Below are positions 25,751 through 32,000 of a stretch of DNA of 32,000 bases, piece by piece; positions within the stretch are counted from its first letter, which is position 1, and each line of letters opens with the position of its first letter. The position numbers and the translations under genes were made by a program. The notes under the pieces are model-generated. The model saw only the letters and a list, made by a program, of their open reading frames with translations. It did no database searches and had not been told where the DNA came from. The stretch is from Edaphobacter aggregans (lineage in GTDB: Bacteria; Acidobacteriota; Terriglobia; Terriglobales; Acidobacteriaceae), in the NCBI RefSeq assembly GCF_003945235.1, contig NZ_RSDW01000001.1:1770001-1802000 (forward strand). The letters are read 5' to 3'.

Positions 25751-26599
25751 ATGACCGAACCAAAACGCTATCAATGCCGCCACATCTTCACCGACGGCCA
25801 CCGCTGCGGCAGCCCATGCCTGCGCGGAGAAGACTTCTGCTACTACCACCACACCACCCGCCGCCCCGTGCAAGACCCACGCCAGCGCCCAGCCCGCACC
25901 GCCCTCTTCGACCTCCCCATGCCCGAAGACCGCGCCGCCATCCAACTCTCCATCGGCGAAGTCCTCCGCCGCATCGCCCGCAACGAAATCGACCCTCGCC
26001 GCGCCGGCCTCCTCCTCTACGGCCTGCAAATCGCCAGCACCAACCTACCCCGCCAAACCAAGCCATCACGCAACACCCGAGACGAAGCCCCATCCACCTC
26101 CATCGAAGACATCACCACCGACCCCGAGCAAGGCCTCCTCGCCCCTCAATCCGAGTACGACCAGGACACCCCCGCAGGCCGCCCCAAGAGCATCATGCGC
26201 CAACTCCTCGACCAGTTTGCCCAGGAAAAATCCACCCACGAACCCACCCAAGAACCCAAACCCGAACCCAAACCCGAAATCCTCCCCACCCTCCAAGCCA
26301 CCGCAGAAAACCCACCAACATCGGTGTCATCAGTGCAAATCGGTGTTAAGCCGTTTCGCCTCCCATCCACGCACACCCGCACTGATCCGCGGTCATCAGA
26401 CGCCCCACGGCCCGACTTGTCAGGCCTATTAGCCCCGCTCGAGAACAACCGCAAAGAACCCATCGCACCCATTCACCCCGGGCAGCGTACGCAGAGCACC
26501 ATCGCGAACAGCAGAACTAAGCTCTGCATCCCGTCGGAGCACACCCCGGTCTTTAAGCTGGGCAATCAGCGGACCTACCTCGAGCCGCCGAACGTCTGA
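25751..26599 (+). CDS. conserved-looking hypothetical protein with N-terminal Cys/His cluster; 3' end uncertain
   Basis: The likely start is ATG 25751 (MTEPKRYQCRHIFTDGHRCGSPCLRGEDFCYYHH). An amphipathic helix region (AAIQLSIGEVLRRIARNEIDPRRAGLLLYGLQIASTNL) is followed by a low-complexity P/E/K/T tail. C/A-ending codon usage fits plus-strand genes up to about 26310. The frame then runs through a repeat-like segment and 171 nt antisense to rsmB before the first stop. Confidence 0.5.
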   Translation: MTEPKRYQCRHIFTDGHRCGSPCLRGEDFCYYHHTTRRPVQDPRQRPARTALFDLPMPEDRAAIQLSIGEVLRRIARNEIDPRRAGLLLYGLQIASTNLPRQTKPSRNTRDEAPSTSIEDITTDPEQGLLAPQSEYDQDTPAGRPKSIMRQLLDQFAQEKSTHEPTQEPKPEPKPEILPTLQATAENPPTSVSSVQIGVKPFRLPSTHTRTDPRSSDAPRPDLSGLLAPLENNRKEPIAPIHPGQRTQSTIANSRTKLCIPSEHTPVFKLGNQRTYLEPPNV

Positions 26600-27781
26600 A
26601 CCAGCAACAACCGCCTCAACCACCTGCTCACACTCCTCAGGCTCAAGCGAGCATGTCGAGTAAACCAGCCGCCCCCCGGGAGCAAGCCGCTTCAAAGCCG
26701 CAGCCAGAATCACCTTCTGCCGTTCAGCCTGACGCGCAAACTCCTCTACCTTCAACCGGTGCCGAATCTCAGGATTCGCCGCCAATGTCCCCGTCCCACT
26801 GCAAGGGACATCGCACAAAATCAGATCGAAGCGGGCATCATCCTTTGAAGTCGCAGCATCAACCACAGCACTCTTCACACGCTCCGCATACTCATAACGC
26901 CGCAGCCTCGCCTGCATCTGAGCCAACCGCTTCGGACTCACATCCGTCGCCATCACCTCAGCCGAAGCGAGCCGCTTCGCCAGAACCAGCGTCTTGCCTC
27001 CCGGCGCAGCACAGCAGTCCCAGACGTTGCGAGCCTCCGGCGCAGCAGCCGCAGCAATCTCGGCCACAAGCCGCGAGCCATCGTCGATCAACGGCAAGTC
27101 CCCGCCGTTCTCGACGAACATAACCCCATCCGCAGGCTCCCTCTGGTCCGCCTCGCAGATCGCCAGCGCCGCCTCGCGCCCATAAGCCTTGGCCCACCGC
27201 TCCACAAGCCACTGCGGATGGCCAAGCCGCTCTGCAAACGCCGCAACCGACTCATGAAGCCGCTTCCCCGGCTTCTGGGCGGCAGCGACCTTACGCAGAA
27301 TGGCATTGACCATGCCAGTCGCATGAGGCTCGCCCGCAGCACGGCATAACTCGACGCTCTCGCTCAACGCAGCATGAGCAGGAATACGATCCAGGTGCAA
27401 CAACTGGAACGCCCCCATCCTGAGAGCAATCGCAACCGGCTCCGCAAGCCGCTGCTCCGGGCGCTGCAGCAGCAAACGAATTCGCGCATCCAGCGCAATC
27501 TGCCACCGCAGAACGCCCATGACGAGCGCAGTCGCAAGGTTGCGGTCCTCAGGCGAAAGTACCTCTGTTCGCGCCGAGTGCAGCAGTTCATCGCTGTGAC
27601 CTTTGCCCTGACCAACAAGCGTCAGAATCTCAAAGGCCGCCACTCGCGCAGGAGAAATCTTCGCAGCCACAACCGGCGCAGGCCGCGCAGAATCTGAACG
27701 CTTGCGCGTAGCACTGTGCTTTGGAGCAGCAGACTGGCGCGGAGTTGGCTTCCCTGCTCCGCGATTCGGTTTGTCCTTCAT
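26429..27781 (-). CDS. rsmB: 16S rRNA (cytosine-C5)-methyltransferase RsmB
   Basis: 450 aa. A NusB-like N-domain follows a basic extension, with SAM-MTase motifs DCCAAPGGKT and DVPCSGTGT and the ending DGFFAVVLER. Its ATG overlaps the fmt stop (ATGA at 27778-27781). Confidence 0.9.
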   Translation of the reverse strand: MKDKPNRGAGKPTPRQSAAPKHSATRKRSDSARPAPVVAAKISPARVAAFEILTLVGQGKGHSDELLHSARTEVLSPEDRNLATALVMGVLRWQIALDARIRLLLQRPEQRLAEPVAIALRMGAFQLLHLDRIPAHAALSESVELCRAAGEPHATGMVNAILRKVAAAQKPGKRLHESVAAFAERLGHPQWLVERWAKAYGREAALAICEADQREPADGVMFVENGGDLPLIDDGSRLVAEIAAAAAPEARNVWDCCAAPGGKTLVLAKRLASAEVMATDVSPKRLAQMQARLRRYEYAERVKSAVVDAATSKDDARFDLILCDVPCSGTGTLAANPEIRHRLKVEEFARQAERQKVILAAALKRLAPGGRLVYSTCSLEPEECEQVVEAVVAGSDVRRLEVGPLIAQLKDRGVLRRDAELSSAVRDGALRTLPGVNGCDGFFAVVLERG

Positions 27782-28713
27782 TGGCCCAGCCGTTCGCCGC
27801 TCTTGAGCTGGAAGCCGCGGAGAAACTCAGCCGCGCTCATGCGCTTCTTGCCCTCGAGCTGCACCTCGTCGAACGCAAGCATCGTCGCATCGGCGCAGCG
27901 CACCATCATGAGCTCGCCACGAATGACGATCTCGCCAGGTTCGCCGTGAAACGTCTCATCCGCCACACGAACCTTGTGCGCAATCAGCTTCTTGCCGCGC
28001 AGCGAAGTATGCGCTCCTGGCCAAGGCTGAAAGCCACGCCAGCGATCGTACAGCTGCTTCGCACTACGGCCGAAGTCCATCCACCCGTCCTCACGCTTAA
28101 GAATCGGCGCCAGCGTAGCAAGCTCATGATTCTGCGGCTCGGGGTAAATCGAACCTTCCTCGAGCCGCCACAGCGTCTTAACCATCAGCTTGGAGCCGAC
28201 ATCCGCCAAACACTCATAAACATCAACCGCAGTCTCTTCAAGGGCTATTGGACAAACCTGCGCAAGCAACATGTCGCCAGTATCGAGACCAGAGTCAAGA
28301 CGCATCGTCGTAACGCCAGTGACAACCTCGCCATTCGCCACAGCCCACTGTATCGGCGCAGCACCGCGATACTTCGGCAGCAGCGAACCGTGCAGGTTGA
28401 TGTTGCCAAAGCGCGGCAGATCAAGCATCCACTGCGGAATGATGCGACCGTATGCGACCACCACGATGGCATCCGGAGCGATCCCCTCAAGCTGCACACG
28501 AAACTCGACGTTGCTCTTGATCTTCTCAGGCTGCACAACCGGAAGATTGCGCTCAAGCGCGGTACGCTTCACAGGAGGAGCCTGCATCTCCATGCCCCGC
28601 CCCGCCACACGATCCGGCTGGGTCACGACAAGCGCAACTTCGTGGCCCGCTGCCAGAATAGCTTCAAGAGTCGGAACGGCGAATTGCGGTGTACCGCAGA
28701 AGACGAGTTTCAT
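27778..28713 (-). CDS. fmt: methionyl-tRNA formyltransferase
   Basis: The start is placed at ATG 28713 (MKLVFCGTPQFAVPTLEAIL), not the track start 28806. It has the HGSLLPKYRGAAPIQWA motif and full-length Fmt pattern. Confidence 0.92.
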   Translation of the reverse strand: MKLVFCGTPQFAVPTLEAILAAGHEVALVVTQPDRVAGRGMEMQAPPVKRTALERNLPVVQPEKIKSNVEFRVQLEGIAPDAIVVVAYGRIIPQWMLDLPRFGNINLHGSLLPKYRGAAPIQWAVANGEVVTGVTTMRLDSGLDTGDMLLAQVCPIALEETAVDVYECLADVGSKLMVKTLWRLEEGSIYPEPQNHELATLAPILKREDGWMDFGRSAKQLYDRWRGFQPWPGAHTSLRGKKLIAHKVRVADETFHGEPGEIVIRGELMMVRCADATMLAFDEVQLEGKKRMSAAEFLRGFQLKSGERLGQ

Positions 28714-28759
28714 CGTAGGTCCTCGTTGATTGCGGCTGTACTGCTCGAAACGGCTCTGT

Positions 28760-29281
28760 CTACCACTCGCCGTTCTTCTGCATCTTCTTAATCTTTCGAA
28801 GTACAAGATCGCGCTTGAGTCTGCTTAGTCGATCGATGAAGAGAATGCCATCAAGATGATCGATCTCGTGCTGCATAGCACGCGCCAGTAACTCTTCTCC
28901 CTCGACTTCGAACCACTCGCCATCGACATTCTGAGCCTTCACCTTAACCCAGGCTGCGCGCTGCACCTTCTCGCGAATATCAGGCAGACTGAGACAGCCC
29001 TCTTCTTCTACCTGCTTGCCCTCGCGGTCGATTATCTCGGGATTGATGAGCACGATCTTCTCTTCAGGATTTTTCTTGAAGCTGCAGTCGATAACGGTGA
29101 GTCGTTGCGAGATGCTGATCTGCGGCGCTGCGAGCCCAATGCCCTGCGCAGCATACATCGACTCGAACATCTCGTCGACCAGCGTCTTGAGCTTCGCGTC
29201 GAAGACGGTAACAGGAGCGCCGGGCTTAGCCAGCACCGGATCGGGATACTTCACTACCTCGTGAATCTTGTTCTTTGCCAC
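28760..29281 (-). CDS. def: peptide deformylase
   Basis: 173 aa with a GTG start and the three Def motifs GIGLAAPQI, EGCLS and HEIDH. It begins 1 nt after the aroC stop. Confidence 0.93.
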   Translation of the reverse strand: MAKNKIHEVVKYPDPVLAKPGAPVTVFDAKLKTLVDEMFESMYAAQGIGLAAPQISISQRLTVIDCSFKKNPEEKIVLINPEIIDREGKQVEEEGCLSLPDIREKVQRAAWVKVKAQNVDGEWFEVEGEELLARAMQHEIDHLDGILFIDRLSRLKRDLVLRKIKKMQKNGEW

Positions 29282-29282
29282 G

Positions 29283-30458
29283 TCAGTACGCTCTTATCTG
29301 CTCGCAATAGCCATTGAAGTTCCGCTGCAATTCGCGCAGGGAGTCACCGCCAAATTTTTCAATAACGAGCCGGGCCACGGTAAGCGCAACCGTTGCTTCG
29401 GCTGCTACACCAGCCGCCGGGACCACACAGACGTCGCTGCGTTCGTAGGCTGCCTTGACCGGTTCGCGCGTCTCGAAGCTGACGCTGCCCAGAGGGCGAC
29501 GCAGCGTCGAGATCGGCTTGAGGTAGCCGCGCACGACGACGTCTTCACCGTTGGAGATCCCGCCTTCGATTCCACCAGCGTTGTTCTGCTCGCGGGAGAA
29601 CTTCGTAAAGGCTTCATCGGAGCCTTCATAGCCGATGGCGTCGTGGACGGTGGAACCGAGCGACTCGGCTGCCGTGACTCCGCGCCCTATCTCGACAGCT
29701 TTGACCGCCTGCAGGCTCATGACTGCCTGCGCCAGGAGGCCGTCCATGCGCTCGTCCCAGTTGGCATGGGTACCGACGCCGGGTGGCAGGCCGTGAACGA
29801 CGACCTCGAAGACGCCGCCTATGGTGTCGCCTGTGCGGAGGACAGCGTCGACCTCGGCCTTCATTGCCGCTTCGCTGTCGGCGTCGACGCAGTTGAGCAT
29901 GACTTCTTCCTTGGCCTGAAGGGCGACGATCTCGTCCCAGGTTGCGGGGCGGGAGAGCTCGGCTTTGCCTACGCGAATGACGTGGCTGGCGACTCCGACA
30001 CAGAGTGCGCGCAACAATAGCTTGGCGATAGCTCCTGAGGCCACGCGCGCTGCGCTCTCTCGGGCACTGGCACGCTCGAGAACGTAACGGGCATCCTTGA
30101 AGTCGTATTTGAGGCTGCCGGCCAGGTCTGCGTGGCCGGGGCGCGGTGAGGCTACGGCTTTATGTTTGGTTGGATCGCCCTCTTCGACGGGAAGAATTTC
30201 GGTCCAATTCTTCCAATCGTTGTTGGCGAGCGTCATGGCAATGGGGGAGCCTATGGTTTTGCCGTGGCGTACGCCGCTGAGGATGTGCGCCGTATCCTTC
30301 TCAATGCGCATGCGACCGCCGCGGCCGTAGCCCTTCTGGCGACGCCATAGCTCGCGATCGATGAAATCCTGTTCGACCGGCACTCCGGCCGGCATACCGC
30401 TTACCAGGGCGACGAGACTCTCGCCGTGGCTCTCTCCCGCTGTCGAAAATCGAAGCAT
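29283..30458 (-). CDS. aroC: chorismate synthase
   Basis: ATG at 30458 gives MLRFSTAGESHG, the canonical AroC N-terminus; the track start GTG 30467 adds 3 aa. It resembles AroC over its full length. Confidence 0.93.
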   Translation of the reverse strand: MLRFSTAGESHGESLVALVSGMPAGVPVEQDFIDRELWRRQKGYGRGGRMRIEKDTAHILSGVRHGKTIGSPIAMTLANNDWKNWTEILPVEEGDPTKHKAVASPRPGHADLAGSLKYDFKDARYVLERASARESAARVASGAIAKLLLRALCVGVASHVIRVGKAELSRPATWDEIVALQAKEEVMLNCVDADSEAAMKAEVDAVLRTGDTIGGVFEVVVHGLPPGVGTHANWDERMDGLLAQAVMSLQAVKAVEIGRGVTAAESLGSTVHDAIGYEGSDEAFTKFSREQNNAGGIEGGISNGEDVVVRGYLKPISTLRRPLGSVSFETREPVKAAYERSDVCVVPAAGVAAEATVALTVARLVIEKFGGDSLRELQRNFNGYCEQIRAY

Positions 30459-30528
30459 TCCCCTCACTCACATCAGCGCGTAAAGCGCATGGTTCCAAAG
30501 GAGATTGTAACAACTCGGCGGGGGTGCA

Positions 30529-31515
30529 CTACTCCTGCTCATCTTTCAGGAAGGCGCGCGAGTCAAGTAATGGGCGTTCCATGCTGCGGACCCACTCGGT
30601 CATCTCGCCGGCAGACTTGCCGGAAGCTGCAGCGGAGGCGAACTCGCTGCGCAAGGTCTGCATCTTGGCCTCGAGGTCATCAAGGGCGCTGAGCAGGATG
30701 GCCTCGGGCGTCATTGGTAGCTTGGGGGAGCCAAACTCGTACTTGCCGTGGTGCGACAGGATCAGGTGTTCAACGAGCATGGATAGCTTCTCGGGGAAGG
30801 GCGCGAGCGACAGCACCTTCTCGTGCAGCATGCGCTGGGCGATGCTGATGTGGCCGATCATCTGGCCCTCGAGGGTGTAACCGAAGCTGGACTTCCAGGA
30901 GAGTTCGCGAATTTTGCCAATGTCGTGGAGGATGGCCCCCGTCACCAGAAGATCGGGGTCCACTTCGGGGTAGAAGGGGACGGTGGCGCGACAGACGCGC
31001 ACCAGCGTGAGGACGTGTTCGAGCAGGCCGCCGATCCAAGCGTGGTGGAGACGTTTGGCTGCAGGCGCGGTCTGGTAGGCGGCGGCGATCTGCGGGTCGT
31101 CGAGGAAGGCGAAGACGAGGCGGCGCAGGTCGGGGCTGCTGAACTGCTCGACATATCCGCGCAGTTCGTTCCACATCTCGTTGATATCGAAGCGAGTTAC
31201 TGGAAGATAATCAGTCGGGTCAATTTCGGACTCAGCGGCTGCGCGGAGTTTCTGGATCGTGATCTGGAACTTGCCCTGGTACTTCGAAATTTGTCCCTGG
31301 GCTTTGACGTAGCAGCCTTCGGCGCAGGTGGCGATGGGGTCGGCGACGTCGTCCCACATGCGGCCTTCGAAGGAACCGGTCTTGTCGGTCAGGGTTATCG
31401 CGAGGAACTGGCCTCCCATTTTCTTTTCTCTAACCTGGAAGGAGGACAGGACAAAGTAGGAAGTGATGATCTCGTTGTCGAACTTTGCTGCGTCTGCTAT
31501 GAAGAAGTCTTTCAT
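30529..31515 (-). CDS. OB-fold + HD-domain 3'-5' exoribonuclease, YhaM-like
   Basis: 328 aa. An N-terminal OB-fold region (FLAITLTDKTGSFEGRMWDDV...YVKAQGQISKYQGKFQI) is followed by an HD domain (HHAWIGGLLEHVL, ILHDIGKIRE, SHHGKYEFGSP). Confidence 0.85.
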   Translation of the reverse strand: MKDFFIADAAKFDNEIITSYFVLSSFQVREKKMGGQFLAITLTDKTGSFEGRMWDDVADPIATCAEGCYVKAQGQISKYQGKFQITIQKLRAAAESEIDPTDYLPVTRFDINEMWNELRGYVEQFSSPDLRRLVFAFLDDPQIAAAYQTAPAAKRLHHAWIGGLLEHVLTLVRVCRATVPFYPEVDPDLLVTGAILHDIGKIRELSWKSSFGYTLEGQMIGHISIAQRMLHEKVLSLAPFPEKLSMLVEHLILSHHGKYEFGSPKLPMTPEAILLSALDDLEAKMQTLRSEFASAAASGKSAGEMTEWVRSMERPLLDSRAFLKDEQE

Positions 31516-31636
31516 TGATTTCAGGATACCTTGTCAGAGTTTGCCGGCTCTTCTCTACCCCATCCCCTGACCAAAGTATCCAAAGTATTCATTACATTTG
31601 CTTTAGGTCTGGACTTGTATCGATTGCCTCAATAAG

Positions 31637-31676
31637 GAAAGCCCCGTCTGCTGCTGCGGACTGGGGCTTTCTTTTG
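31637..31676 (+). terminator. orphan rho-independent terminator in a divergent intergenic region
   Basis: gaaagcccc (31637-31645) pairs with ggggctttc (31663-31671), with an extra gtc/gac pairing, followed by tttt. No plus-strand gene lies upstream of it. Confidence 0.5.
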
Positions 31677-31822
31677 ACTCTATGACTAGTTTAGCAGGTT
31701 GGGTTGAATTGATTGGCACTGAGTATCTTATTTGTTTGCAATGGGTTACGGTTTTTTGCAGTTGACAGCCCTGTCCTCAAATATCTTGCCTCAACGTTCG
31801 GGCTCGATATGATTGGGGCACT

Positions 31823-32000
31823 ATGAAAAGCGCCCTTGTCCCTGTCATCGTTCTTCTCTCAGCCTTGCCCGTCGCAGCCCAAATTGCCATGCCAGCCACA
31901 GGGGCGACCCCCTTCAAAGACGCGTCCTCTCTCAAACCGCCTGCGGGTGCAAAGGTTGCCATTGTTGAGTTTGAAGATCTGGAATGCCCGCTCTGCGCGC
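31823..32000 (+). CDS. DsbA/thioredoxin-fold family protein, N-terminal part only
   Basis: The ATG at 31823 opens a frame to the window end: MKSALVPVIVLLSALPVAAQ (signal peptide) ... AKVAIVEFEDLECPLCA. The VEFxDxxCPxC motif is typical of DsbA-family thiol oxidoreductases. Confidence 0.65.
   Translation, partial: MKSALVPVIVLLSALPVAAQIAMPATGATPFKDASSLKPPAGAKVAIVEFEDLECPLCA

Noticed and set aside
28714-28806. 31-aa N-terminal extension of fmt (track start 28806) overlapping the def gene end
   Set aside because: Fmt proteins begin at MK(L/I)VF.GTP. The extension is Arg-rich and overlaps def.
27721-31518. Plus-strand ORFs 27721-28791, 29268-30020 and 30823-31518, antisense to fmt, aroC and the HD gene
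   Set aside because: The opposite-strand frames give textbook Fmt, AroC and HD-domain proteins. These are antisense artefacts.
31516-31822. oriC in the 307-nt relatively AT-rich divergent spacer
   Set aside because: I saw no cluster of DnaA-box-like 9-mers. The silent-site skew flip lies about 2.3 kb to the left, so aroC and the HD gene would have the wrong bias if the origin were here.

Overview
Chromosomal window, roughly 55-60% GC by eye. Gene content and the intergenic repeat elements look like an Acidobacteriota (Terriglobia/Acidobacteriaceae-like) genome; that placement is an inference. All calls rest on motif recognition in the translated ORFs and on reading the DNA; no database search was run. 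Most of the window is housekeeping: acs with an upstream OFA-type MFS transporter, galE, ubiE/menG, aroB, nadB, a RidA-family gene, the aroC-def-fmt-rsmB string and a YhaM-like HD exoribonuclease. Envelope genes include a TonB-family protein, a large secreted protein, two tandem small beta-barrel OMP paralogs, a PASTA protein, a serine hydrolase and a CDF transporter. Three clusters of short intergenic repeat elements are present. I saw no rRNA, tRNA, CRISPR array, transposase or integrase. The stand-out is a two-gene accessory-looking insert at 5.6-10.3 kb on the minus strand. It encodes a 438-aa polytopic membrane protein with an OmpA-like C-terminus, followed by a 1076-aa cytoplasmic protein. 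That protein has an N-terminal TIR domain with the catalytic-type Glu retained, fused to 21+ perfectly phased 32-residue YD-like repeats, with no NTPase module. I regard it as a candidate undescribed TIR-based (NADase-type) immune system. A second, window-wide signal is a very strong strand-dependent third-codon-position G/C bias that flips polarity near 28.7-29.3 kb. Many long ORFs in the supplied track are antisense shadows of that bias.
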